Position numbers and translations under genes: made by a program. Below are positions 39,434 through 50,020 of a stretch of 64,000 nt of DNA, piece after piece. The stretch spans positions 51,562-115,561 of the forward strand of contig UQSH01000001.1 of assembly GCA_900543795.1 (NCBI GenBank), given 5' to 3'. How positions within the stretch are numbered: position 1 is the first letter of the stretch; each line of letters begins with the position of its first letter. The DNA is from an uncultured Oscillospiraceae bacterium. GTDB lineage: Bacteria; Bacillota; Clostridia; Oscillospirales; Acutalibacteraceae. The notes below the pieces were generated by a model. That model made no database searches. It had not been told where the DNA came from and worked only from the letters and a program-made list of their open reading frames with translations.

Positions 39434-40513
39434 ATGCGTATTTTAAATGTAATTCCCGACATAGGAATATCAAACGGCGTTATGAGCGTTGTTTTGAATT
39501 ATGCAAAGGCTATGCCCGAAAATATTGTTTTTGATGTTTTGTATTTTCAGGATAAGGAAAAAACACGCATTGGCGACATAGAAGCGCTCGGAGGCAGGGC
39601 ATTCAAAATTCCTTTTCCAAGCGTGAAGGCTCTTTTTAAAAATAAAGAGCTTGAGAATATTTTAAAGAATCACGGCGGCGAATGGAGCGCAGTTCATATT
39701 CATTGTCCTCATTTTACCGCTTTTATTGCTCCGCTTGCGAGAAAATACGGCATAAATAAAATCTGCACTCATTGCCACACCACCTGTTATTCTCTCACAC
39801 CCGAAAACGAAAAAAGGAATAAACTGCTTTTTAATCTCGGAAAAGGCTTTGCCGATAAATATTTCGCTTGCAGTAAGGACTCGGGCAGATTGTGGTATAA
39901 AAAAAGTAATTTTACCGTTTTGAATAATGCTGTTGATTGCAGAAGGTTTGCATTTGACAAAGCAAAAAGGAAAAAGGCGCAGGAGCTTTTGCAAACGAAG
40001 GATTGCTTTGTTGTTGGCCATATAGGAAGAACGGATATTGCGCAAAAGAACCACCCGTTTTTAATAGATGTTTTTGCACAGATTAATAAAAGAAAGAATA
40101 ATGCGGTGCTTTTGCTGATTGGAGCAGAGAAAACCGAAGAGCTTTCGAAGAAAATTGTGGATTTAGGAATTGAAAAAAGCGTTCGTTTTTTGGGACTGCG
40201 GGACGATATTGACCTCGTTTTGCAGGCGGTTGATTTGTTTTTGTTTCCGTCAACAAATGAGGGACTTCCCGTTTCCGTTATAGAAGCGCAGGCGGCGAGC
40301 TTGCCTGTTCTTATATCTGATTCGATAACCGATGAGGTTGCTGTAACCGATAATGTTTGTGCATTATCTCTCAATCTTTCCGATTCAAAATGGGCAGAAA
40401 AAGCGATTGAGATTTCGAATAGTGAAAGAAAAGATACTTATGATATTATGAAAGCAAACGGCTGGGATATTTTTGACAGCGCAAAAAGGCTTGCGGATTA
40501 TTACTCCGCTTAA
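39434..40513 (+). CDS. GT4-family glycosyltransferase
   Basis: GT-B fold. C-terminal FPS..EG.P.S..EA motif (FLFPSTNEGLPVSVIEAQA). Confidence 0.75.
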   Translation: MRILNVIPDIGISNGVMSVVLNYAKAMPENIVFDVLYFQDKEKTRIGDIEALGGRAFKIPFPSVKALFKNKELENILKNHGGEWSAVHIHCPHFTAFIAPLARKYGINKICTHCHTTCYSLTPENEKRNKLLFNLGKGFADKYFACSKDSGRLWYKKSNFTVLNNAVDCRRFAFDKAKRKKAQELLQTKDCFVVGHIGRTDIAQKNHPFLIDVFAQINKRKNNAVLLLIGAEKTEELSKKIVDLGIEKSVRFLGLRDDIDLVLQAVDLFLFPSTNEGLPVSVIEAQAASLPVLISDSITDEVAVTDNVCALSLNLSDSKWAEKAIEISNSERKDTYDIMKANGWDIFDSAKRLADYYSA

Positions 40514-40525
40514 AAGGAGAATATT

Positions 40526-41512
40526 ATGCCATTATTCAGTATTATCGTTCCCGTTTATAATGTTGAGGAATATTTGGAGGAATGCGTTGAAAGCGTTCTT
40601 AATCAATCCTTTGATGATTTCGAGCTTATTCTTGTTGACGACGGCTCAACAGATTGCTCCTTTGAGCTTTGCAAAAAATTTGAAGCCGATAATAATTGCG
40701 TTAAGTCGTTTCGTCAAAGCAATTTGGGAGCGTCGTGCGCAAGAAATAACGGGCTTGAATGTGCAACGGGCGAGTATATTCTCTTTTTAGACAGTGATGA
40801 TTTTTATAACGATAAAGACGCTTTATTGAAGCTGAAAAATAAAATCAACTCAATAGGTGCAGATGCAGTTGTTTTCGGCTGTACCGATTGGAATATGAAA
40901 ACGAATGAAACCGTTGTTTCAAGAACGGGATATAATCTTGAACTGATAAATGAAAACGATATAAATAAAACTCTTCATTGGCTTCTTTCATCAAAAATGC
41001 TCCCCGGAGGGCCAACGATTTTTACCGTAAAAAGAAGCGTTATTGAAGAAAACGGTATAAGATTTAAAACAGGTATTCAGGATGAGGACTATGATTTTGT
41101 TTTAAGTGTTTTTTGTGCCTGTAAATCCGTTTGCGCTATTGATAATCCATTTTATACCTATCGAAAGGGCAGAGATAATTCCGTAACAGGCTCCTCAAAT
41201 ATAAAAATGATTGAGGGCATTGCCTACACTCTTGATAAGTGGCTCCCTATAAGTGAAAGCATTGAAAATGAAGAAATCAAAAGGGATGTGCAAAATTATC
41301 TTGCTTTTATTTACACAACAGGCTTTGTTGTGAGTGGAAGAATGGATTCAAAAACAAGAAAAAAAGCGCTTTCAATTATGAAAAAATATAAATCTGTTTT
41401 GAAGTACGGCTATTGGAGAAAAACCAAAATAACAAGAGCTGCCGTTAATCTGCTTGGAGCGAATTTGTTTTCAAGGCTTTCAAGCGTATATTTCAAATTA
41501 ACGCATATATAA
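40526..41512 (+). CDS. GT2-family glycosyltransferase
   Basis: FSIIVPVYNVEEYLEECVESVLNQ and DDGSTD motifs. AAGGAG RBS. Confidence 0.75.
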   Translation: MPLFSIIVPVYNVEEYLEECVESVLNQSFDDFELILVDDGSTDCSFELCKKFEADNNCVKSFRQSNLGASCARNNGLECATGEYILFLDSDDFYNDKDALLKLKNKINSIGADAVVFGCTDWNMKTNETVVSRTGYNLELINENDINKTLHWLLSSKMLPGGPTIFTVKRSVIEENGIRFKTGIQDEDYDFVLSVFCACKSVCAIDNPFYTYRKGRDNSVTGSSNIKMIEGIAYTLDKWLPISESIENEEIKRDVQNYLAFIYTTGFVVSGRMDSKTRKKALSIMKKYKSVLKYGYWRKTKITRAAVNLLGANLFSRLSSVYFKLTHI

Positions 41513-41522
41513 CGGAGAAAAA

Positions 41523-42629
41523 ATGAAAAAGGTTTTAGTTGTTATTCAGCTTTTAAGACGCGGCGGAGTTGAGCTTGCCGCACTCAATTTTGCAAAAGCA
41601 TTAAGCAAGGAAAAATATGCCGTAACGCTTTTACTTGTTAATCCCGATGAAGCGCAGGATAAAGAGCTTGAGCAGGAGGTTAAGGCTCAGGGCTTTGAAA
41701 TAGTTAAAATTCCGAGAAATTGCAATTCATATTTGAAAAAATATAAGTTTATATCCGAGCTAATGAGCCGCAATGGCTTTTATGCAGTCCATTCCCATGT
41801 GCTTTTTTTCAGCGGAATTGTTATGCTTGCCGCAAAGAAAAACGGCATTAAAAAGCGTCTTTGCCACTCGCATCTCTCAAAGTGGAACAGAAAAGAGGGC
41901 GTTGCATTTAAGCTTTATAAGAACGCTATGCGATTTCTTATAAACTTATTTGCAACGGATAGGCTTGCGTGCAGCTATGAAGCAGGCTGCTTTCTTTACG
42001 GAAAAGGCAAATATGAAAAAAACGGTGTTTTTATTGCAAATGCAATTGACACCGAAAAATATTCATTCAACGAGGAAGCACGAGGAAGGATAAGAAACGA
42101 ATTTTCAGTTTCGGATGATGAGGTTCTCGTTGGGCATATAGGAACAATTTATAGAATTAAAAATCAGGTTTTCTTAACCGAGGTGCTTGCAGAGATGCAA
42201 AAGCGCAATGCCGATGTTAAGCTTCTTTTGGTAGGCGAAGAGCTTGAAAGAGAAGCCGTTGAGGAAAAGGCAAAATCGCTCGGCGTGGCGGAAAGAATAA
42301 TTTTTGCAGGTCAAAGAAGCAATATTAATGAAATTTTGCAGGCAATGGATATAATGATTTTTCCGTCGCTTTTTGAGGGATTACCCATATCCCTTATTGA
42401 AGCGCAGGCGTCGTCATTGCCGTGCCTTGTATCTAATGCGGTAACGCAGGATGTTAAATTTAATGATAATGTTGAATTTATGTCTTTAAACGAAAGTGCT
42501 GAAAAATGGGCAGATAAGGCGTTTGAAATGCTTAATGAAAGCAGAAAAGCGGTTTCAACAGAAAAGCTCAGGGAAAGCTATGATATAAGTGCTTGCGCCA
42601 AAAGGCTCGATGAAATTCTGTTGTCTTAA
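41523..42629 (+). CDS. GT4-family glycosyltransferase
   Basis: C-terminal IFPSLFEGLPISLIEAQA GT-B motif. Confidence 0.75.
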   Translation: MKKVLVVIQLLRRGGVELAALNFAKALSKEKYAVTLLLVNPDEAQDKELEQEVKAQGFEIVKIPRNCNSYLKKYKFISELMSRNGFYAVHSHVLFFSGIVMLAAKKNGIKKRLCHSHLSKWNRKEGVAFKLYKNAMRFLINLFATDRLACSYEAGCFLYGKGKYEKNGVFIANAIDTEKYSFNEEARGRIRNEFSVSDDEVLVGHIGTIYRIKNQVFLTEVLAEMQKRNADVKLLLVGEELEREAVEEKAKSLGVAERIIFAGQRSNINEILQAMDIMIFPSLFEGLPISLIEAQASSLPCLVSNAVTQDVKFNDNVEFMSLNESAEKWADKAFEMLNESRKAVSTEKLRESYDISACAKRLDEILLS

Positions 42630-42655
42630 ATCAATTTTGCAGTCGGGGTGTTTTT

Positions 42656-43672
42656 ATGAAAATCAGCGTTATAGTTCCGATTTATAAGGTTGAAAAATAC
42701 CTTGAAAAGTGCATAAAAAGTATCATCAATCAAACCTTTTCCGATTTGGAAATAATCCTTGTTGATGACGGCTCGCCCGATAACTGTCCGCTTATTTGCG
42801 ATGATTTTGCAGGGCAGGATAGCCGCATAACCGTTATCCATAAGAAAAATTCCGGGCTTGTTTCCGCAAGGAAGGCGGGGCTTGAAATAGCGCAGGGAGA
42901 GCTTGTTGCCTTTGTTGATGGCGATGATTGGATAGAGCCCGATATGTATGAAAGGGCAGTAAGTGCCATTGAAAAAACAGGTGCAGATATTGCAATAACG
43001 CAGTTTTACTATTCCTATCCCGATAAGGAGGTTAAAAGCGAGTATAAGCTTAATAAGGAATTTTACACCAAAGAGGATATAAAAAATGAAATAATCCCGT
43101 CTATGCTCTTTACGGGAAGGTATTATGATTTCGGAATTTATCCGAATTGCTGGACTAAAATTATTAGGCGTTCTCTTTTGGAAAAGCACCTGCCGTCTGT
43201 TGATAACAGAATAAAAATGGGCGAGGATGCAGCATTTACATACGCCTGTATAATGGAAGCAAAAGGCATTTGCTTTGTTGATAAGCCGCTTTATCATTAT
43301 ATTATTAATTATGATTCAATGACTAAAAAATACGATCCCGACCTTAATGATATTTTTCTTTTGCCGTATAATGCATTGTTGAGCGCTTCAAGGCAGCTTG
43401 AAACGGATTTGAGCGGTCAGCTCTCGTATTATCTTCTCTATCTTGTTAATTTCGTTGTGCGCAATGAAGCAAGCCCCGATAATCCGAAAACTAAGAAAGA
43501 AAAGAATTACGCTATGAAAATGCTTATAAATAACAAAAGCGTTCGGGAATGTATGAAAAATGCAGATTTGAAAATTCTGCCGCTTCACACAAGGCTTCTT
43601 GTTTTGTTTTTCAGAGCAAAAAGCGTTAGCCTGTTGAATATTTATAAATTACTGATTAAAAGATTTTTATAA
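42656..43672 (+). CDS. GT2-family glycosyltransferase
   Basis: ISVIVPIYKVEKYLEKCIKSIINQ, DDGSPD and DGDD motifs. Confidence 0.75.
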   Translation: MKISVIVPIYKVEKYLEKCIKSIINQTFSDLEIILVDDGSPDNCPLICDDFAGQDSRITVIHKKNSGLVSARKAGLEIAQGELVAFVDGDDWIEPDMYERAVSAIEKTGADIAITQFYYSYPDKEVKSEYKLNKEFYTKEDIKNEIIPSMLFTGRYYDFGIYPNCWTKIIRRSLLEKHLPSVDNRIKMGEDAAFTYACIMEAKGICFVDKPLYHYIINYDSMTKKYDPDLNDIFLLPYNALLSASRQLETDLSGQLSYYLLYLVNFVVRNEASPDNPKTKKEKNYAMKMLINNKSVRECMKNADLKILPLHTRLLVLFFRAKSVSLLNIYKLLIKRFL

Positions 43673-43691
43673 CAAAAGGAAAGGATAAGCC

Positions 43692-44870
43692 GTGGATAAG
43701 AATAAGCAGTATTTTATATATCTCGTTTCCTGCTTTCTTAATAATGAAATCCCAATGTACGATAAGGGAGTGAGCCTCGGGGAGGTGTATAAAATCGCCT
43801 CGGCACACGGACTTTCTGAGGTGGTTTGCCAAGCAGCGCTTTCCTATTTCGATAAGGAGCTATCCGATGAAAAAATGCGCTCTGTTTTCAGGCAAAAGAT
43901 TGGTCTTGCCGTTATTCAAAGCGAAAAGGTCGAATCGGCAATGCAGGCGGTTAGCGGCTTTCTTAACGGTATCAAGGAGGATCATATATTTGTTAAGGGT
44001 GCAATTATCCGTGAATATTATCCCGTTAAGGAATTCAGAACAAGCGGAGATATTGATGTTATAGTCAGAAAAAGCTCGTTTGATAAAATTTGTAATGCAG
44101 TTAAAGGTAACAACGCCTTTACAGTTAAATCGCACAAAACAGATGTTTTAACGGCAGAGATTAATTCGGTTGAGATTGAATTTCATAATAACGCCGATGT
44201 TGACTGTGCTTATTTCGATGATATTTTCAGCCTTTGCGAAAAGGGTGCAGAGCATCTGTATATGCTTGATAACTATAATCATTTGCTTTATGTTATCTGC
44301 CATATTGCAAAGCATCTGTCGTATTGCGGTGCAGGTGCAAGAATGCTTGCGGATATAGATGTTCTTGTGCGTGCTCAAAAGGATTTTGATGTAAGCAAAT
44401 TTTTTTGTCTTGCCGAAAAGGCAGGCAGAGCAAGGGTTTGCGAGGCGCTTCTTTCCCTTTGTGCTTATTGGTTTAAAACTCCCGTTAAAGGCTTTGTTGA
44501 TTTTTCAAAGGAGTCGGCACTGCTTGAAGGCTTTGAAAGAGCATTTATTGACGGCGGAGCCTTTGGATATGAAGCGGGCTCGGTGCCGCTTCGGTATATA
44601 AACACCGAAAAGAAAAAGCAAGGTGCTTTTGATAAAATCGGAGTTATATTAAAAATAGCATTTCCAAGCAGAGATTATCTGAAAAAATGCTATCCATATT
44701 ATGATAAAAATAAGCTTCTGTATCCTGCCGCTCGGATAAACAGAATTGCGGATTGCATTAAAAAAGCAGGAGCATCAAAAAGGTCTGTTAAGCAGATTCT
44801 ATCGCCGGGAGATTCAGCAAAAATTCGGGCGGAAATTATGAAGGAGCTTAAAATTGAAAATAATCGGTAA
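43692..44870 (+). CDS. uncharacterised nucleotidyltransferase-family protein (NTP_transf_5-like) at the end of the GT cluster
   Basis: 392 aa, GTG start. GD.D segment (SGDIDVIV) consistent with Pol-beta-like NTase. Such proteins commonly accompany polysaccharide loci. Confidence 0.45.
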   Translation: MDKNKQYFIYLVSCFLNNEIPMYDKGVSLGEVYKIASAHGLSEVVCQAALSYFDKELSDEKMRSVFRQKIGLAVIQSEKVESAMQAVSGFLNGIKEDHIFVKGAIIREYYPVKEFRTSGDIDVIVRKSSFDKICNAVKGNNAFTVKSHKTDVLTAEINSVEIEFHNNADVDCAYFDDIFSLCEKGAEHLYMLDNYNHLLYVICHIAKHLSYCGAGARMLADIDVLVRAQKDFDVSKFFCLAEKAGRARVCEALLSLCAYWFKTPVKGFVDFSKESALLEGFERAFIDGGAFGYEAGSVPLRYINTEKKKQGAFDKIGVILKIAFPSRDYLKKCYPYYDKNKLLYPAARINRIADCIKKAGASKRSVKQILSPGDSAKIRAEIMKELKIENNR

Positions 44871-44893
44871 GAAGAATTGAAAATAATCGGTAA

Positions 44894-44930
44894 GAAGAAA
44901 AATCCTTTAAGGATTTTTCTTCTTTTTTTT
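44894..44930 (+). terminator. rho-independent terminator
   Basis: GAAGAAAAATCC-ttta-AGGATTTTTCTTC followed by T8. Confidence 0.7.
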
Positions 44931-45007
44931 ATGAAGATTTTTTTTAAATGTATTTTCCGGGATTAACTGTTAAAAATAATTCAAAAGAGATTATGAGAGG
45001 TAAAGCT

Positions 45008-46114
45008 ATGAAAAAAATCATTTCTGTTTTATTAACCGCAGTAATCTGCATTGCCTTTACTGCGTGCGCTTCGGGCAATATGCAAAATGAAAATCAGCAG
45101 GAAGCAACAGCCGCTGCGCAAAAGGGCGAGATTTCCGTTTTTTATTACAGCTACAGCGACACATATATTTCAAGCGTTCGCTCCGCTCTTGATAAATCAT
45201 TAACGGAAAACGGCGTTTCTTATAATAATTACGATGCAAACGGCAATCAAACAACACAAACAGAGCAGGTGCAAACCGCAATCGCCAAGGGCTCAAAAAT
45301 GCTAATCGTTAATATTGTTGACACCGGCTCAAACGATGCAGCGCTTCACATTATTGATTTGGCGCGTAATGCTTCAATTCCTGTTGTTTTCTTTAACCGT
45401 TCAGTTGAGGAGTCGGTTGTTTCAAGCTATGATAATTGCGTTTTTATAGGCACGGATTATGAGGAGGCAGGCAAGCTTCAAGGCGAGATGATAGGAAATT
45501 ATCTTGCCGAAAATTATGATAAGGTTGATTTGAACAAGGACGGAAAAATCAGCTATGTTCTTTTTAAGGGGCAGGAGGGCAATATGGAGGCTATCGCCAG
45601 AACGAAATATTCGGTTGATTATTGTAATAAAATTCTTAAAGAAGCAGGCAGAGCGGATATTGAATTTTACGATTCCTCAAACACAAATAAATATCTTGTT
45701 GACCAAAACGGCCTTTGGTCATCTGCCTCCGCAACAGATTATATGAACACAATCCTCGCAAAGCACAGCGAGGCTAATAAAAATATGGTTGAGCTTGTTA
45801 TTGCAAACAATGATGAAATGGCGCTCGGCGCAATCTCCTCGCTTCAAGGAGCAGGATATAACACAAGCGGAAAAACGATTATTCCCGTTTTCGGTGTTGA
45901 TGCAACTCAGGCGGCAAAATCCGCAATAGAAAACGGCAATATGGCAGGCACGGTTAAGCAGGATGCAGAGGGAATGGCTGAAACAATAACAGATATTATG
46001 AATAATTATTTAAACGGCGCAAACGCTCTTAACGGCATACCGGCTGAGGAAACAGTTGGAAATTGGAGAGTTAATATTCCTTATTCTGTTTACACAGGCA
46101 AAGAGGGTGCGTGA
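45008..46114 (+). CDS. sugar ABC transporter substrate-binding lipoprotein (CUT2, MglB/RbsB-like)
   Basis: Signal peptide with lipobox FTACASG. Periplasmic-binding-protein type I fold. GAGAGG RBS. Confidence 0.75.
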   Translation: MKKIISVLLTAVICIAFTACASGNMQNENQQEATAAAQKGEISVFYYSYSDTYISSVRSALDKSLTENGVSYNNYDANGNQTTQTEQVQTAIAKGSKMLIVNIVDTGSNDAALHIIDLARNASIPVVFFNRSVEESVVSSYDNCVFIGTDYEEAGKLQGEMIGNYLAENYDKVDLNKDGKISYVLFKGQEGNMEAIARTKYSVDYCNKILKEAGRADIEFYDSSNTNKYLVDQNGLWSSASATDYMNTILAKHSEANKNMVELVIANNDEMALGAISSLQGAGYNTSGKTIIPVFGVDATQAAKSAIENGNMAGTVKQDAEGMAETITDIMNNYLNGANALNGIPAEETVGNWRVNIPYSVYTGKEGA

Positions 46115-47631
46115 TTATTGTGGAGGAAAAAGACGAACAGATTGTTTTGAGAATGGAAAGGATAGTTAAAACCTTTCCGGGCGTCAAAGCGCTTGATGAG
46201 GTTTCACTGAATGTTAAGGGTGGAAGCGTTCATGCGCTTATGGGCGAAAACGGTGCAGGCAAATCAACGCTTATGAAATGCCTTTTCGGCGTTTATTCAA
46301 AGGATTCGGGTAATATTTACCTTGACGGCAAAAGGGTTGATTTTAAAAATTCAAGGGAAGCACTTGAAAACGGAGTTGCAATGGTGCATCAGGAGCTTAA
46401 TCAGGCACTAAAACGGAATGTTATGGATAATCTTTGGCTCGGCAGGTTTCCGTGCGTTTCAAAAAATATTCCGCTCACAAGCGAAAAGAAAATGCTTGAA
46501 GAAACGAAAAAGCTTTTCAATATGCTTGAAATTTCCGTAAATCCCAAAGCCGTTATGGGCAAAATGCCTGTTTCTCAAAGGCAAATGGTTGAAATAGCAA
46601 AGGCGGTTTCATATAATTCCCGTGTTATTGTTTTTGACGAGCCAACCTCTTCACTCAATGAGGAGGAGGTTGAGCATCTTTTTAAGATAATTAATATGCT
46701 CAAAGAAAAGGGCTGCGCAATAATTTATATATCTCACAAAATGGAGGAAATTTTCCGCATATCCGATGAAATAACCGTTATGCGTGATGGAAAATTGATT
46801 GAAACACGCAGAGCAAGTGATATTGATATGAATAAAATTATTCGCTTAATGGTTGGCAGAGAGCTTAAAAACAGATATCCCGAAAAAACAAACCGTGTGG
46901 GAAGCGAGCTTTTTCGGTGTGAAAATTTGAGCGCAAGGTATTCAAGGTTAAAAGGTGTTTCCTTTTCTGTCGGAAGGGGAGAAATTCTCGGCGTTGCCGG
47001 TCTTGACGGCTCGGGAAGAACAGAGCTTCTTGAAACAATTTTCGGCATTGCCTCAAAGGAGCAGGGCAGGCTATTTCTTGACGGGCAGGAAATAAAAAAC
47101 AAAAATGCGCGCAAGGCTGTTAAAAACGGCTTTGCGCTTTTAACCGAGGAGCGCAGAGCAACCGGAATCTTTTCAATTTTAAACATCCGTGAAAACTGCG
47201 TTATTTCAAGTCTTGATAAATGCAAAGCGGGCTTTCTTTTAAGTAATAAAAAAATGAAGGAAAAAACAAAATGGTGCATAGACGCAATGCGTGTTAAAAC
47301 ACCTAATCAGGAAACAAAAATCAGCACCCTTTCGGGCGGTAATCAGCAAAAGGTTATTCTCGGCAGATGGCTTTTAACAGACCCAACGGTGCTTTTGCTT
47401 GATGAGCCCACAAGGGGAATAGATGTTGGCGCAAAGTATGAAATCTATCAGCTTATAATAAATCTTGCAAAAGAGGGAAAGGCTGTTATTATGGTGTCCT
47501 CCGAAATGCCGGAGCTTCTCGGCGTTTGCGACAGGATAATAGTTATGTCCGGCGGAAGACTTGCCGGCGAGGTTAACGCCTCAAAAACAACGCAGGAGGA
47601 AATAATGACTCTTGCATCACAATATGCTTAG
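46111..47631 (+). CDS. sugar ABC transporter ATP-binding protein with duplicated ABC domains (MglA/RbsA-like)
   Basis: Two Walker A sites (GENGAGKST and GLDGSGRT) and two LSGG signatures (VSQRQM-type and LSGGNQQK). GTG start after GAGGG. Confidence 0.85.
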   Translation: MIIVEEKDEQIVLRMERIVKTFPGVKALDEVSLNVKGGSVHALMGENGAGKSTLMKCLFGVYSKDSGNIYLDGKRVDFKNSREALENGVAMVHQELNQALKRNVMDNLWLGRFPCVSKNIPLTSEKKMLEETKKLFNMLEISVNPKAVMGKMPVSQRQMVEIAKAVSYNSRVIVFDEPTSSLNEEEVEHLFKIINMLKEKGCAIIYISHKMEEIFRISDEITVMRDGKLIETRRASDIDMNKIIRLMVGRELKNRYPEKTNRVGSELFRCENLSARYSRLKGVSFSVGRGEILGVAGLDGSGRTELLETIFGIASKEQGRLFLDGQEIKNKNARKAVKNGFALLTEERRATGIFSILNIRENCVISSLDKCKAGFLLSNKKMKEKTKWCIDAMRVKTPNQETKISTLSGGNQQKVILGRWLLTDPTVLLLDEPTRGIDVGAKYEIYQLIINLAKEGKAVIMVSSEMPELLGVCDRIIVMSGGRLAGEVNASKTTQEEIMTLASQYA

Positions 47632-47644
47632 GAGTTAAACAATA

Positions 47645-48730
47645 ATGTTTGAAATTAATTCCAAAAAAGAAAATGTTATTTCATCAAAATTTGCCGAATA
47701 CGGAAAAATGAGCCGTGAGGAAAGGCGAAGAGCATTAACTGACGCACTGTTAAACAATGCTATGTATATTATCATAGCGGCGGCAATAGTATTTATAGCC
47801 TTTAAGGTTCCTTCGTTTCTTTCGCTTTCTTCAATAATAAACATAATTTCGCTAACGGCGGCAAAGCTTCCGATTGCGCTCGGCATCGGCGGAGCAATCG
47901 TTTTAACGGGAACGGATATTTCTGCCGGCAGAGTTGTTGGCTTAACGGCATGTATCGCCGCCTCGCTTCTTCAGCTTGCACAATACCCAAACAAAATGTT
48001 TCCCAATCTTGAAACGCTTCCGCTTCCCGTTGTGCTTCTTGCGGTAATAGCTGTGGGGGCGGTTATCGGGCTTGTTAACGGCTTTTTCGTTGCAAAATTT
48101 AAGCTTCATCCGTTTATTGTAACGCTTTCAACTCAGCTTATAGTTTTCGGCGCGGTTTTAATGTATCTTATGATAGGCACAAATAACGGTCAAACGCTTT
48201 CGGGGTTATCTCCGACTTATACGGATTTTGTGAGAGGAACACTTTTTACCGTCGGAGGAGTTGCCGTTCCCAAATATGTTCTTTATTCGGCAATTCTAAC
48301 CGTGCTTATTTGGTTTGTTTGGAATAAAACAAAATTCGGAAAAAATATGTTTACAGTCGGCTCAAACGAAGAGGCGGCTAATGTTTCGGGCGTTAATGTT
48401 TTCAAAACGATTGTCGGAGTTTTTGTGCTTGCAGGTGTAATGTACGGCATAACAGGCTTTATCGAGGGTGCAAGAATTGCCTCCTGCTCGGCAAATACCG
48501 GGCTTAATTATGAGTGCGACGCCATTGCGGCGTGCGTTATCGGCGGCGTTTCGTTTGTTGGCGGAACAGGTAAAATAAGCGGAATAGTTATCGGCGTTCT
48601 GCTTTTGCAAATAATTTTTGTTGGCCTGAATTTTCTTTCTGTTGACGCAAATATGCTTTATATAATAAAGGGCATGATTATCCTTGCCGCCTGTGCGGTT
48701 GATATGAGAAAATATCTTTCAAAGAAATAA
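47645..48730 (+). CDS. sugar ABC transporter permease (MglC/RbsC-like)
   Basis: 361 aa, about 10 TM helices. Conserved order SBP-ATPase-permease. Confidence 0.8.
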   Translation: MFEINSKKENVISSKFAEYGKMSREERRRALTDALLNNAMYIIIAAAIVFIAFKVPSFLSLSSIINIISLTAAKLPIALGIGGAIVLTGTDISAGRVVGLTACIAASLLQLAQYPNKMFPNLETLPLPVVLLAVIAVGAVIGLVNGFFVAKFKLHPFIVTLSTQLIVFGAVLMYLMIGTNNGQTLSGLSPTYTDFVRGTLFTVGGVAVPKYVLYSAILTVLIWFVWNKTKFGKNMFTVGSNEEAANVSGVNVFKTIVGVFVLAGVMYGITGFIEGARIASCSANTGLNYECDAIAACVIGGVSFVGGTGKISGIVIGVLLLQIIFVGLNFLSVDANMLYIIKGMIILAACAVDMRKYLSKK

Positions 48731-48742
48731 GGCGGTTAAGGT

Positions 48743-48883
48743 ATGGAAAATAAAGAGAAGAAAAGTAAAATCGGGGGAGTTTACTCAAAAATAAATATGC
48801 CCATCAAAACGGCAGACGCCCTCGTGTGCCTAACTGGCGGAGCATTGCTCATTTTAATAATCACGGCAGTTTTAACGGCATAA
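48743..48883 (+). CDS. small hydrophobic peptide (46 aa) downstream of the ABC permease
   Basis: MENKEKKSKIGGVYSKINMPIKTADALVCLTGGALLILIITAVLTA with a single TM. A terminator hairpin (48889-48914) follows. Speculative. Confidence 0.25.
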   Translation: MENKEKKSKIGGVYSKINMPIKTADALVCLTGGALLILIITAVLTA

Positions 48884-48912
48884 AAAAAGAACGGCAATAT
48901 TAAGCCGTTCTT

Positions 48913-49947
48913 TTAAATTATTTCCGATAGAATTGTATTTGAAACAAGGAAGCCCTTTGGAGTAAACGAAATGCTTTCTCCGCTTTCCTCCATAAATCCT
49001 GCGCTGATATAAGGCGTTAAATCCCTTTTTATAAGGGATTTTTTTATGCCTTTTTTTAGGCGAAGTCCAAGCATTATTCTTTCACCGTCATCTCCGCCCG
49101 TTCCGTCCTGAATAACATTAAAATCCTTATCATAATAAAACCGCTTTCCATGCCAAAGGGAATGAGCCGAAGCACCTATTCCAAGGTAATCGCAAAGCTC
49201 CCAATACTTAATATTATGCCTGCTTTCATATCCGTTTTTTGCAAAGTTGCTTATCTCATACTGCTTAAAGCCCAAATCATTTAAAACAGAAACGGTCTTT
49301 AAATACATTTCGCTGACATCATCCTCGCTCGGAAGAGAAAGTCGGTCCTTCATTTCATAAAACTTTGTATTTTCCTCAATTTTAAGCATATAAGCGCTTA
49401 TGTGGGAAACCTTCATTTTGTCGATAAAATCGAAGGTTTCATCAAGTGAGGAAAGGGATTGATAGGGAGTTCCCAGCATTAAATCAAGGCTGATGTTTTC
49501 TATTCCTGCGTTTTTTGCATCTGAAACAGCCCTTGCAATCTCCGCCTGACCTGCCATCCTGCCGAGCGCAAATCTTTCCTCTTTTCTTGCACTTTGCATA
49601 CCGAGGCTTATTCTGTTTATGCCGTATTGAGCATAAGCCTTAAAATCCTCTGCAAGGCTTTTGGACGGGTTACATTCTATTGTTATTTCAGAGCTTGTGT
49701 CAATGTTAAATTGCCTTTTCGCCTCGCAAAGCACTCTGCCGATTAGTGCAGACTCAATAATACTCGGCGTTCCGCCGCCGAAATAAACTGTATCGAATGA
49801 GCCGTCATATTTCCTTATCTCTGCACACAAACGGCTTATATAGGCTTCTGCCGCCTCCTTGCAGTATTTTACGCTGTAAAAGTCGCAGTAGGGGCATTTG
49901 CTTTTGCAAAAAGGAATGTGAAAATATAATCCTGCTTTTTCAGTCAT
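48913..49947 (-). CDS. hemW: radical SAM family heme chaperone HemW (HemN-like)
   Basis: LYFHIPFCKSKCPYCDF radical-SAM CxxxCxxC motif plus a HemN C-terminal domain. Confidence 0.75.
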   Translation of the reverse strand: MTEKAGLYFHIPFCKSKCPYCDFYSVKYCKEAAEAYISRLCAEIRKYDGSFDTVYFGGGTPSIIESALIGRVLCEAKRQFNIDTSSEITIECNPSKSLAEDFKAYAQYGINRISLGMQSARKEERFALGRMAGQAEIARAVSDAKNAGIENISLDLMLGTPYQSLSSLDETFDFIDKMKVSHISAYMLKIEENTKFYEMKDRLSLPSEDDVSEMYLKTVSVLNDLGFKQYEISNFAKNGYESRHNIKYWELCDYLGIGASAHSLWHGKRFYYDKDFNVIQDGTGGDDGERIMLGLRLKKGIKKSLIKRDLTPYISAGFMEESGESISFTPKGFLVSNTILSEII

Positions 49948-50020
49948 AGAAATATCCTCAAATAAAACATATAAAATTGCAAAGCGACGGCGCAAAAGCA
50001 CGCCGCCGCAGCCAATCGTT

